Assembly (NCBI GenBank): GCA_044440125.1 | Contig: JBITAJ010000003.1 | Location: forward strand, 131,776-195,775 | Source: Sedimentisphaeraceae bacterium JB056 | GTDB lineage: Bacteria; Planctomycetota; Phycisphaerae; Sedimentisphaerales; Sedimentisphaeraceae | Length of the DNA stretch: 64,000 nucleotides | Direction of reading: 5' to 3' | Part shown: one piece after another, positions 31,196 to 41,360 of the stretch | Numbering within the stretch: position 1 is the stretch's first letter | Layout of the letters: every line of letters begins with the position of its first letter | Notes under the pieces: generated by a model | Database searches by the model: none | Seen by the model: only the letters and a program-made list of their open reading frames with translations | What the model was told of the DNA's origin: nothing | Program-made: the position numbers and the translations under genes

Positions 31196-31772
31196 CGTAA
31201 GGCGCAAAGACACTACAATCATAAATATCTACAGAAATATCACTTACAATCCTTGCGGATGAAATACCTTGTAATAACCACCAACTTATTTACTGGTATG
31301 AAACAAAAATTTCTAATCACAATGGCGATCTGTATTGCCTATTGTATCAACAAAGAGCTCTACAGGGCGATTGACTATCTTAGAGCTCAGTTAGAAGTAC
31401 TTCTTGAAGAGCAACAAAAACAGAACAAACGAATATTATCACAATGAAATAATACATCAATCATTAGGTCTGGTAATAGAGCCAAAGCACAAGCTCAATA
31501 ATGACGCTGAGATCCAATGCATAGAAAAACTTGGCGGTCTCCTGAAATCATACCACCGCCTTGCCGTTTGAAAAACTTACCATTCGAGCTGAGTATTCAG
31601 TACCATTGCACTAAGACTTATATGCTTGATGTTAAATCAAGTCAAAGATCATTGTTTTTTGCAACACATAACGTAATTGCTATGCATTGAGTATAAAAAA
31701 ATAGCTCAAATCAAATCAATTACCACATCAAAAAGCAAAGATTTAGTAATGGATAAGTTTTTGCACCCTACG
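31196..31772 (+). mobile_element. Internally deleted IS of the integrase-core (rve, DDE) type with imperfect terminal inverted repeats
   Basis: Ends CGTAAGGCGCAAAGAC and GTTTTTGCACCCTACG (13/16 match as an inverted repeat). Contains an N-terminal piece (INKELYRAIDYLRAQLEVL) joined out of frame to a C-terminal piece (EYYHNEIIHQSLG...IEKLGGLLKSYHRLA). Confidence 0.75.
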
Positions 31773-32011
31773 GGAATTGTTTCAAAGGGAAAACAGTAAG
31801 CTTAAATACAAAAACGAATACTTTCATATAAGTAAAGGCTACTTCTTTGCACCTGCAATGCTTGAAAATATTGAGTATGAAACAAACAATGGAATGGACA
31901 TCTATTTGATAGCAAGACAGCCAATTCTTAAAACCAGCACAAAGAAAATAAGCAATTAGATCTCCAAGCATACCCTACTTGTTATATGTTTTCTTTTGAA
32001 CTATACCAAAG

Positions 32012-32057
32012 CATCTCTTATCTCTGAAAAATTATTTTTTTTCAGAGATAAGAGATG
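32012..32057 (-). terminator. Long perfect hairpin terminator downstream of 32075..34297
   Basis: CATCTCTTATCTCTGAAAAA / TTTTTCAGAGATAAGAGATG 20-bp inverted repeat. Confidence 0.7.
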
Positions 32058-32074
32058 TTGTCTTTTTATAACTA

Positions 32075-34297
32075 CTACTCACATTCTACGGAAGTAACAA
32101 CTCTATTACAATCAACAAGCCAGTTAGCAGCTATTGCCTTAAGATCACTAACACCACCAGAACCATCAATACCACTCTGAACATTCAACGAACTCTCAAC
32201 CGTAACATAGTCAACATACAGATTAACGTCATCGTATGTCAACACACGTATCCTCAAAAGTTCCTGAGAGTCTCTCCATGAAGCCCATGTACTGATATCA
32301 AGAGCTAACTGCTGCCATGTTGAAGGATCATCATCAAAAACAAGCCTGCTGTGTCCTGAAAGTACAGGCTCTCCGTCGATATAATATTTCGGTATCGGCG
32401 GCAGCTCAGGGCCGTAAGTATAATCACCAAGAGAGTTGAACAGTTGGATTCGCCGCATATACGGATAAGGAGCAGATGTATCAGGATCAAAATTAACCCA
32501 CATCTTAAGATATTTCTGTCCGTAAGTATCAAGCGATGAAAGCAAGTTGATATCAATATATTCGTAATAACCGGCATACCCTCGTAGATATATCGACGAA
32601 CTGCCTTCATACGACATGTTAGTAACTACCGAACCATGATACTGCTCAAGCTGCCCCTGAATCAGATCATCATCAAAAATAACTGTCTGCGGAGTTATAC
32701 TTACATCAAATTCCGGTAAAGTTTCACTTACATGAACATAATCCACATAGCATTTATGCGGGTTTTTGAATGTAACCTGTACGATACGCATTTGCGTGGT
32801 ATCCATAGGTCCAGGCGTATTATTCATATCAAGCGTAAGAAGCTGCCATGTATTAGGATCATTATCAAATTGAATTCTGCTTCCTGAAACCGTAGCATCC
32901 CGACCATCTACATAAAACTTAGCAGTTGTTGATGGATCATAGGTATATGCAGTTCCATTAGAAGAATAAAGCTTCAAATAACGAATTGTATTATTTGCAC
33001 TATCTGCGGCAAAATTGACCCACATATTAAGATAACCGCGAGTATCCATTTCCACGCTTCCAACTAAATCAAGCTTAAAAACAGAGTAATTAGTTGTCGC
33101 ATCTTCATGAAAAAGCGAATTTTCACCTTCATAAACACTATCCGTTGATTGAGTTGCAAGCTGCACCTGCCCTACAGCCACATCATCGTCATATAGAATC
33201 ACGTCATCCAGAGGCGTTGTCTCGGTTTCCGCCACAACCTTCACATCATCAATATAGCAATCGACAGGATCTCTGAACATTATTTTAACAATCCTCAACT
33301 GTGTAGTATCCATCGGGCCTGGCGCGTCCGTTATATCAAAAGTCATTAACTGCCATGTTGTAGGATCATCATCAAAAACTACTCTGCTCGCCTGAACAGT
33401 TGCAGGCAAGCCGTCAACATAGAATTGTGACGTATAATATGGGTCATATGTATATTGAGTACCTGTTGATGAGTAAAGTGTTATGTATCTTATTTTAGTC
33501 GTAGGACTCTCCGCCGCAAAATTAACCCGCATACTCAGATACCTACGATTACCTACTTCAATACTCCCTATGATGTCAAGGTTTGTAGCCGTATAGTTGG
33601 TACTGTCGGTCGTATGGAATATAGAGTAATCACCTTCATAGGCCATGTCAGAAGATAGAGTTCCAACCTGTATCTGTCCCTGAACAATATCATCGTCAAA
33701 GAGAGTCACGTCTTCGACGCCGTCGGCAACAGGCTCCGAAGTAACACGCACATCATCAATATAACACTCCACAGGATCTTTGAACATTATCTTGACAATC
33801 CTTATCTGCGTTGTATCCATAGGGCCGGGAGCCTGTGAAATATCAAATGTCATCAATTGCCATGTTGTCGGATCATCATCAAAAAGCACCCTGCTTGCTT
33901 GAATAGTTGCAGGCTCTCCGTCAACATAGAATTGTGACGTATAATACGGGTCATACGTGTATTGGGTACCTGTAGATGAGTACAATGTTATATATCGTAT
34001 TTTCGTCGAAGGGCTGTCTGCCGCAAAATTAACCCGCATATTCAGGTAAGTACGGGAACCGATTTCTGTACTTCCTATGATATCAAGATTTGTAGCCGTA
34101 TAATTGGTACTGTCAGTAGAATGCAGTATAGAAGCACTGCCTTCATATGCCATATCATTAGTAAGCGTACCAAACTGTATCTGTCCGGCAATTATATCAT
34201 CATCAAAAAGTACAACATCATCTTCAGCAAAAACCGCCAATGAAGATAAACAAACTATAAGTAACAGAAATATATTTTTCATTTTCTTGCCTTTCAT
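32075..34297 (-). CDS. Secreted protein made of four tandem ~170-aa CBM-like repeats, with a degenerate dockerin-like end
   Basis: Repeat V.LFDDD...GQIQ...YEG..SI...YL.M.VNF...FDDDP.TWQL..FDI...YIDDV.V occurs four times; signal peptide. Confidence 0.8.
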   Translation of the reverse strand: MKGKKMKNIFLLLIVCLSSLAVFAEDDVVLFDDDIIAGQIQFGTLTNDMAYEGSASILHSTDSTNYTATNLDIIGSTEIGSRTYLNMRVNFAADSPSTKIRYITLYSSTGTQYTYDPYYTSQFYVDGEPATIQASRVLFDDDPTTWQLMTFDISQAPGPMDTTQIRIVKIMFKDPVECYIDDVRVTSEPVADGVEDVTLFDDDIVQGQIQVGTLSSDMAYEGDYSIFHTTDSTNYTATNLDIIGSIEVGNRRYLSMRVNFAAESPTTKIRYITLYSSTGTQYTYDPYYTSQFYVDGLPATVQASRVVFDDDPTTWQLMTFDITDAPGPMDTTQLRIVKIMFRDPVDCYIDDVKVVAETETTPLDDVILYDDDVAVGQVQLATQSTDSVYEGENSLFHEDATTNYSVFKLDLVGSVEMDTRGYLNMWVNFAADSANNTIRYLKLYSSNGTAYTYDPSTTAKFYVDGRDATVSGSRIQFDNDPNTWQLLTLDMNNTPGPMDTTQMRIVQVTFKNPHKCYVDYVHVSETLPEFDVSITPQTVIFDDDLIQGQLEQYHGSVVTNMSYEGSSSIYLRGYAGYYEYIDINLLSSLDTYGQKYLKMWVNFDPDTSAPYPYMRRIQLFNSLGDYTYGPELPPIPKYYIDGEPVLSGHSRLVFDDDPSTWQQLALDISTWASWRDSQELLRIRVLTYDDVNLYVDYVTVESSLNVQSGIDGSGGVSDLKAIAANWLVDCNRVVTSVECE

Positions 34298-34346
34298 ATT
34301 AACAAAACCTCTTGGTCGATATTAAATATCCAAAGTTGGAAGAAGT

Positions 34347-37300
34347 TTATTCCACCATCCAGTTAGCGGCCATTGCGGCCATATCTTTCATGTCAACGAT
34401 ACAATCCTTATTCAAATCTCCAACAAGCTCAAAATCACAAGTTGTCACATAAAGAGCCGGATCAGGTGAAACTCTGACATAATCAAGTTCAGCAATGAGC
34501 GGCTGATCAAAGACAAATGTAATATTGTTAATAATCGAAGTATCTTCAAGCATATTCACGGCAGGCAAACCGGAACCGCTGGTTAGATCAAGAGTAATTT
34601 GCTGCCATGTATAAGGATCATCATCAAAGACTAATGATCCACTCTGCAGCAAACCTGAAATAGTATATTCGCTGTTGGCCGGTAGATAAGATATTATTTG
34701 TTCAACACCGTCACACACAGCAGTAACATCTATTCTTGCAAGCTCTGTTACCGTGTGCTGAGCGTCTGGTATGAAATTAAAAGCAGCTTTGAGTATGGTG
34801 TTTTCTTTGATATTAATGTTTTCAGCCAGATCCATTTCTACTTCGAGAATCTGATAATCATTATTCTCAATATCATACAGCCATTGTCCTGAATAGGTAG
34901 CTCCACGTGTGCGAGTTGCACCATAAATCTCACCATTTAAAGAATCTTCCATAAGAATGATATTATTATCAGCTGCAACCGCTTTATCATCACCTACAAA
35001 AGAAGCCTGAAGTGCCATACGATTTTCAATATAATCTCTGTGGAAACAATAAAAATGCCCGTCCTCTGCTGAAATTATAAGATCTTTGTTACCGTCATTC
35101 TCCAGGTCGAAAACAGTAGGAGCACAAGTATGCCCTACAAGTATCATATCTGCAAGTGCATCACGCAACACAAATTTAGGCGAATTATTATCAGTAATAT
35201 TCTCATAGAGGCTTACATTCGCGCCATGATCAGAATCATCCACTATAACATCCCAGTCACCATCATTATCCCAGTCGGTAAGCTCAAACTTACGCCTGCC
35301 GCTTGCACCGCCATCAAGAGAGTTCATTTGCCACGGCTGAGAATCTGCATCAAGGAAAATGCGTTGTCCCGGGCTTAGCTCAAGAGAGGTTCCGTTATCA
35401 CTGCGAACATGGAGTACAAGATATCCTTCGTAATCAAGCGCAGCAACATCGAGCAAGCCATCAAAATTGTAGTCAAGCATCTGTACAGTCGAACGCCACT
35501 GAGTACACCACTCTCCCGATTGCGGATCCCACCACTGCCATGCAGGCTTTGGCGGAGTACTTGTCCAATTAACAATTACAGAACTCTGGCTGCCAAGCTC
35601 CACTGCACCGGCGGTTCCCGGATTAGCATACCAAACAACTTGTCCCAATATACTATTGAGCATGATATCAGGATAACCATCATTATTCCAATCACCGGCA
35701 CATGGAACCGTATATCCCCAAAGTTCCTCAGCAGGCCCCTGTATTGAACCGTTTTCACCGGCAACAATCCTTATAGGCTCTCCGCCATTAGTAAACATCT
35801 CTCTGGAAACGTAAGTCATATCAGGATAACTTCCGGTAGCCTGGTACCATCCGAGATAACCTGCACTATCACCAAATATCAAGTCAAGATCTCCGTCACT
35901 GTCCCAGTCGTACAAGTCACCAACGGCAAGAGCCGCAGCATTCGGAAAATCAGATTCAATTGTCAAATAAACAACATCCTCATATATCGGAACATCACCT
36001 ACAGTAAAAGTACCGGTATTCTCCATATATCCAACTCGTTTATTTTCACCCTGAAAGAAAATATCAAGGTCTCCATCGTCATCCCAATCCACGGTATGAA
36101 GAGTCAATGCCTCGAAATCACTCTCAAAATCTCCACTTACAGTGGCAAGTCTTTGCTTGTCGCCAAGCTGAGGCAATCCTGAAGTTCCAATATTTATATA
36201 AACATAAATATCACCGGTAAACTCACTTGTCATAAGGTCTAAAAGTCCATCATTATTGAAATCTTCAAATACAGGAGTTGGCCTGCCGTAAACTTCAATG
36301 TCGCTGCTGTCGGCATGTGTAAGCTTAACTGGCTGGGCAAGATCAAAAGTTACATTGTCTCCATTATTCTTGAAGAAATAGAACCAGCCTCTCAGCGGCC
36401 CATTTGTCCAGTTACCAGAACTGTCGTAAGCATCATCCCAACCGTAATCTCCCCACCAGCCGCAGGAAAGCATAAGGTCTCTGACACCATCACCATCCCA
36501 GTCAGATAGCTGCCAGAAAACAGTTCTGCATTCAGGCAACAGCTCATCAACTACCGTAGAACCGACCGGATAAGCTATGTCTACATATTGTGTCAGGTCA
36601 TTGTTCTGAATGTCAGGATAATACCTGCCTACAATAACAAGATCAAGCGTGCCATCATTATCAATATCATCAATTTGCTTGTATCCGTTACCAAGATGAC
36701 CGCCAACTTCAACAGGCTTGGGCAATGTAGCTGTAAGATCTGTGCCGTCATTGTAGACTGTATATACAGCAATTTCTGGTGTAGAACCACAATATGTTAT
36801 TATATCTTTATCGCCATCGCCATCTCTGTCATATACAATCGGAGAACCTCGGAAATATTCTGTCGACTCAGTAGTACCGAAAGAAAGTGCATCACCGGTT
36901 CCAATGTATGACGGTTTTGCTACAGGAATGCTCTCGCCGCTGCCATGAACATCAAAGTAACAGATATAAACAATATTTGAGTCATTATCCATTCTTATCC
37001 ATGACAACTGAGTATCGCGAAGAACACTTATACTATCACCACGCCTTCCCCATTGATCGACTTTAGCCGGTACAAGATATGCAAGAATGCTCTCACTATT
37101 ACCGCCAAGATATCTCACCGGCTCCATGGTCGTTTTATCATAGGCAATAACACGTATAGTATCTAAATCAACATCACTTTCGATCAACTCACTGCCGTAA
37201 GCATAATCAAAATCAAGTCTTGTCCAGGCTATTCTATGTACAGCATTATCAACAGGATATTTTTTACACTGGATAACTACACGATAGCTGTTTTCTGTCA

Positions 37301-37430
37301 TCCACTCCCATGGTCCTTCATTTGAACTGTCGCGTTTATAAACAGGCATGGACTCTGCTGAAACAAACGTCAGCATAAATAAAGACAATACTAAGCTAAA
37401 AATCAACTTCTTCATACTTAAACCTTTCAT
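34347..37430 (-). CDS. Secreted FG-GAP/VCBS-repeat beta-propeller + CBM-like domain + dockerin-like tag
   Basis: Many DWDxDGDxD motifs; C-terminal FDDDPYTWQQITLDL domain; GDLNKDCIVDMKD...W. Confidence 0.85.
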   Translation of the reverse strand: MKGLSMKKLIFSLVLSLFMLTFVSAESMPVYKRDSSNEGPWEWMTENSYRVVIQCKKYPVDNAVHRIAWTRLDFDYAYGSELIESDVDLDTIRVIAYDKTTMEPVRYLGGNSESILAYLVPAKVDQWGRRGDSISVLRDTQLSWIRMDNDSNIVYICYFDVHGSGESIPVAKPSYIGTGDALSFGTTESTEYFRGSPIVYDRDGDGDKDIITYCGSTPEIAVYTVYNDGTDLTATLPKPVEVGGHLGNGYKQIDDIDNDGTLDLVIVGRYYPDIQNNDLTQYVDIAYPVGSTVVDELLPECRTVFWQLSDWDGDGVRDLMLSCGWWGDYGWDDAYDSSGNWTNGPLRGWFYFFKNNGDNVTFDLAQPVKLTHADSSDIEVYGRPTPVFEDFNNDGLLDLMTSEFTGDIYVYINIGTSGLPQLGDKQRLATVSGDFESDFEALTLHTVDWDDDGDLDIFFQGENKRVGYMENTGTFTVGDVPIYEDVVYLTIESDFPNAAALAVGDLYDWDSDGDLDLIFGDSAGYLGWYQATGSYPDMTYVSREMFTNGGEPIRIVAGENGSIQGPAEELWGYTVPCAGDWNNDGYPDIMLNSILGQVVWYANPGTAGAVELGSQSSVIVNWTSTPPKPAWQWWDPQSGEWCTQWRSTVQMLDYNFDGLLDVAALDYEGYLVLHVRSDNGTSLELSPGQRIFLDADSQPWQMNSLDGGASGRRKFELTDWDNDGDWDVIVDDSDHGANVSLYENITDNNSPKFVLRDALADMILVGHTCAPTVFDLENDGNKDLIISAEDGHFYCFHRDYIENRMALQASFVGDDKAVAADNNIILMEDSLNGEIYGATRTRGATYSGQWLYDIENNDYQILEVEMDLAENINIKENTILKAAFNFIPDAQHTVTELARIDVTAVCDGVEQIISYLPANSEYTISGLLQSGSLVFDDDPYTWQQITLDLTSGSGLPAVNMLEDTSIINNITFVFDQPLIAELDYVRVSPDPALYVTTCDFELVGDLNKDCIVDMKDMAAMAANWMVE

Positions 37431-37474
37431 TAATCACAAAATTCCTCATTAATTCCGGAAATACGCAAATCGTC

Positions 37475-40400
37475 TCAGTTAGTCATATAGACATTATCTA
37501 TATAAAACTGAGATGAAGAACTGAACACAAAATCCATCCTTCTCAATATCGTAGATGGTTTAACCATACTTGATTGAGGCATTCCCGGCCCACTCATCAT
37601 ATCAAGCGTAAGCATATGCCACTTACCGTCACTGGTCAATTTCAGAGTTCCTTCGTTAAGCGTTTGCTTCTCTCCGTCAATGGTAAAATCAGCAGCTTCA
37701 TTTTCATCTGAAACATATGGGTAATATTTGACGCCGCTGGCCTTAGCTCCCTCGGCAGTTCTTGTGTATGTATAAATCTGAACAAACCGCAGTTCAATGC
37801 TGTCCTCTTCCATAGCCTGATCCGATTTATAATAAAGAACAAGCTTTCTGTTTTCGCCGATATTAATATTGCCCCTAAAATCAAGAGCAACATTGAACTT
37901 TCCGTCCCTCTTTTTAACAAAGATAGACCTGTTACCGGAATACGAAGACTCTTCTGAAACTTCTGCTCCGATAATCTGCCCAATTGCAATCTCTTCATCA
38001 AAAAGAACAACTTTTTCAGTTTCCAGCTCTATACCTTTTTCCCCTATAAAGTCAGCTCGTAAAGAATCTCTGTCTTCAATATAAGATCTGTGAAAACAAT
38101 AAAAATGACCATCTTCAGCAGCTAAGAGCAGATCAAGCTTACCGTCACCTTCAAGATCAACAACTGCTGGACTGCACGTATGGCCTGATACGATAATATC
38201 ACACAAAGGGCCTTGCGCAACATACTGGGGATTAAGATTGTCAGTTACATTCAAATACAATACAACATTCCCACCGAATATCTTGTCGTCTACAATGAAG
38301 TCCCAATCTCCATCATTATCCCAATCGGCAAAAGTAAATTTTCTTCGTCCGCAACCACCTGGCTTTTTTGTATTAATATGCCACGGTTGCCCCAAGTCAT
38401 CCTTGAATATTCTCTCTCCTGCAGAAAGTTTCAATTCACCGTCTTCCATATATCTTTTATGAAGTACAAGATAACCTTCCCAGTCAAGAGCGGCAACATC
38501 CATAAGACCATCACTATCCCAGTCGATCATCTCCACCGTAGAACGCCACTGCGTTGACCATTCCTTATCGGCAGGATCCCACCATCTCCACTCAGGCTTT
38601 GGTGCAGCTCCATCCCACTGAACCTTAACATTTTTCGCATCACTTAGAGAACAGCCTCCCTCGGTGAGATTCTCATACCACACTATCCTCCCCCAAATAC
38701 TGTTGAGAATAATATCCATCTTGCCGTCGCCATTCCAATCTCCGGCATTAGGCACTGTATAGCCCCACTTCTTTTCAGCAGGTCCCTGTATAGAACCATT
38801 GTAGCCTGCAATAATACGGATAGGACCACTGCTGTCATTAAAAAGCTGCGGCGGAGCAAATTTCAGTTGCGGATATTTAGATATACATTCATACAACCCT
38901 ATAAAGCCCGGGCTGTTGCCATATATTAAATCCCAATCGCCGTCATTATCCCAATCGCAAACCGAACTCACCGGCAACTGGCTTTCAACCGGATAATCAC
39001 TCTTGCACATAAGATAACGTGCCGGTTTAAATATCGGCATTCCAAGATTCGTGAACAACCCGGTATTCTCAAGTACACTGGTATCATCACTCTCGCCGCG
39101 AGTAAACAGATCAATATCACCATCACCATCATAATCATTAGCAGTAACCGACACCGCCTGTGCTTCGGATTCAAAAAGCCCTTCAGTAGTCATAAGTCTT
39201 TGACGAGGGGCAAGAAGCGGCTTATCTTTACTGCCGATATTTTTAAAAATATGGATATTATCTATAAAATCACCGACAACAATATCAACAAGACCATCGC
39301 CTGTAAAATCCTCAACTACAAGCTCACCATAGCCAAACACCTCTGCCTTATTACCATCAGCAGTATATAACTGCAACGGCTCTGCAAGCCGAAATTCCTG
39401 ATTACTGCCATTATTCCTGAAAAAATAAAACCAGCCGCGTAAAGGACCGTTAGTCCAAAGACCATTGCTGTCAAAAGCGTTTGACCAGCCGTATTCTTTC
39501 CAATACGAATTACTGACCAAAACATCTTTTACTCCATCACCGTCCCAATCGGCAAAATACCATTTATAGCTTCGGCTACTTCTTAGAATCTCCCCTATCT
39601 CGCAATCCAACGGACACTCAATGCTTATCCAATTTCCAAGTCCTTTTTCGCCAATATTGGAATAATAACCGCCATTTGCCGCCATATCAACTTTGCCATC
39701 ATCATTAATGTCAGCAATTTGCCTGCCGCGTACATCTATCACATAGTTATACTCGTAGTCCTGCTGAGCCTCTCTGTCAATGCTTATCGGCTTGGCAAAT
39801 CCCTCTTCAAAGCTGTTGCCCGTATTCTCATAGAGATATACAGTTCTCTCTGGAACCATACCTACAGAAGCCAGTATATCCTTATCGCCATCGTTATCCC
39901 AGTCAACCACAACGGGCACGCCTCGAACCCTGTCAAACGGCATCGAAGTACCATAAGCAAGGGCATCACCGCTGCCTATAAAAGCAGGCTTTGGTAAGTG
40001 CTCCGTTTCACCGAAATCCGCAAAATCAAAATAACAGATATACACTGTTGAACTTGTCTCATTTTCAGACCTTATCCACGAAAGATGTGGATTTCTAACC
40101 GTCTTTGGTGTTAAATGTCTTCGCGGCCACTCATCAATCTTCGCCGGCACATAGTAAGCCTCCCCGCCTTTAAGCGAGGAATCATACTTTACAGCCCTGA
40201 GCGTCTTTGAATCATATTGAACCACCCTCACAGAATCAGGGTTAAACAACATCTTTGAGGTTTCAGCATTTTGGTAAAACTCTTTGAAATCAAGCTGCAC
40301 CCATGCAATCTTATGCTCAATACCTGTTGGCAGTTCATTACATTTCATCACAACACGATAACGGTTATTTGTCAGCCATTGCAGTTTACTGTCATAATGC

Positions 40401-40480
40401 GACTTAGTCTCTAAAGGCATAGCCGCCAAAACCGAATTAAAAACAAACATCACCGCTGCAAAATCAATAAATACTCTCAT
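37475..40480 (-). CDS. Secreted FG-GAP/VCBS-repeat protein + CBM-like domain (paralogue of 34347..37430, no dockerin tag)
   Basis: Collinear with 34347..37430 (WTNGPLRGWFYFF, NGSIQGPAE..WGYTVP, AEDGHFYCFHR); ATG 40480 has a GAGG RBS (ORF track starts at 40492). Confidence 0.85.
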   Translation of the reverse strand: MRVFIDFAAVMFVFNSVLAAMPLETKSHYDSKLQWLTNNRYRVVMKCNELPTGIEHKIAWVQLDFKEFYQNAETSKMLFNPDSVRVVQYDSKTLRAVKYDSSLKGGEAYYVPAKIDEWPRRHLTPKTVRNPHLSWIRSENETSSTVYICYFDFADFGETEHLPKPAFIGSGDALAYGTSMPFDRVRGVPVVVDWDNDGDKDILASVGMVPERTVYLYENTGNSFEEGFAKPISIDREAQQDYEYNYVIDVRGRQIADINDDGKVDMAANGGYYSNIGEKGLGNWISIECPLDCEIGEILRSSRSYKWYFADWDGDGVKDVLVSNSYWKEYGWSNAFDSNGLWTNGPLRGWFYFFRNNGSNQEFRLAEPLQLYTADGNKAEVFGYGELVVEDFTGDGLVDIVVGDFIDNIHIFKNIGSKDKPLLAPRQRLMTTEGLFESEAQAVSVTANDYDGDGDIDLFTRGESDDTSVLENTGLFTNLGMPIFKPARYLMCKSDYPVESQLPVSSVCDWDNDGDWDLIYGNSPGFIGLYECISKYPQLKFAPPQLFNDSSGPIRIIAGYNGSIQGPAEKKWGYTVPNAGDWNGDGKMDIILNSIWGRIVWYENLTEGGCSLSDAKNVKVQWDGAAPKPEWRWWDPADKEWSTQWRSTVEMIDWDSDGLMDVAALDWEGYLVLHKRYMEDGELKLSAGERIFKDDLGQPWHINTKKPGGCGRRKFTFADWDNDGDWDFIVDDKIFGGNVVLYLNVTDNLNPQYVAQGPLCDIIVSGHTCSPAVVDLEGDGKLDLLLAAEDGHFYCFHRSYIEDRDSLRADFIGEKGIELETEKVVLFDEEIAIGQIIGAEVSEESSYSGNRSIFVKKRDGKFNVALDFRGNINIGENRKLVLYYKSDQAMEEDSIELRFVQIYTYTRTAEGAKASGVKYYPYVSDENEAADFTIDGEKQTLNEGTLKLTSDGKWHMLTLDMMSGPGMPQSSMVKPSTILRRMDFVFSSSSQFYIDNVYMTN

Positions 40481-40488
40481 TATTATCC

Positions 40489-41334
40489 TCAAAATCCTGA
40501 TGGCATTAAAGTTGAATCACGAGGCTGACCTGGGTGTTCAACCTCTACCATACTGTCATCGCCGCCTTTTCTTGAAACAACACTACCGTCCCGCATACCG
40601 TAATTGGCTTGCAGTTCCAACCTCACATCTTCTGTAAAATTATCATTGTAATAGAATGAATCGAGAAATGCCCCGCCCTCATCGAGCTGGTCCCTGTGGA
40701 AATACTTAAAGTCTATTTTGCCGGGATGATTTGCCCTTATATCAAAACGTCCGGGATTAATTACGTTTCGGTAAAGTCTGTCACAAATCAAAACGTTCAT
40801 TCTCTTGCCTTTATAAACCCATGGTCTGGAACTGTGTCCCCATGGCTTTGTTGCCCATGTATCATCTGCCGCCCTGTCGCCAAAATAACCATGAATAAGA
40901 TTATAATCCACATAAACCCTTCTTGTACCAGCTGGCACTGACGCAAGAGATTTATCCCAATCCTTTATAAAGGGACAATGAAAAAAATTAACTTCGACAT
41001 AACTGCCATAAGTAATCCTTACATCTTCAGTTGCCGCCCATGCGCCAAAATCTCCGGTATTACCGCCAACAAGATTGGGCCATCTTACATATCCGCCTGA
41101 ACTGTGACGTCTTGCAATTTCAGAGAAATGTTCAGGCAATCGATCATTATCAGCCTCATAGGTTATCGCACCGATCGTAAGTTGATGAAGATTTGATTTA
41201 CACACAACAACTTTTGCCTGTAATTTTGCTTTTGATAAAGCCGGCATCAAAATAGACATCAAAACTGCTATTATTGATATAACAACCAACAGTTCTATAA
41301 GAGTAAAAGCACCCCTACTATTTTTTATTTTCAT
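40489..41334 (-). CDS. Prepilin-type N-terminal methylation domain protein (DUF1559-like)
   Basis: GA|FTLIELLVVISIIAVLMSILMPALSKAK...CKSNLHQL; FHCP; C-terminal ANYGMRDGSV. Confidence 0.9.
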   Translation of the reverse strand: MKIKNSRGAFTLIELLVVISIIAVLMSILMPALSKAKLQAKVVVCKSNLHQLTIGAITYEADNDRLPEHFSEIARRHSSGGYVRWPNLVGGNTGDFGAWAATEDVRITYGSYVEVNFFHCPFIKDWDKSLASVPAGTRRVYVDYNLIHGYFGDRAADDTWATKPWGHSSRPWVYKGKRMNVLICDRLYRNVINPGRFDIRANHPGKIDFKYFHRDQLDEGGAFLDSFYYNDNFTEDVRLELQANYGMRDGSVVSRKGGDDSMVEVEHPGQPRDSTLMPSGF

Positions 41335-41360
41335 ACAAAGCCTCTGATTAAAATTGAATT

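Noticed and set aside
31777..31959. 60-aa ORF that may be a cupin/phosphomannose-isomerase C-terminal remnant (ISKGYFFAPA)
   Set aside because: Too short and weak to support without a search.
32075..34297. CRISPR array or diversity-generating retroelement template/variable repeats
   Set aside because: The repeats are in-frame ~510-bp protein domains without spacers, and no cas or reverse transcriptase gene is in the window.
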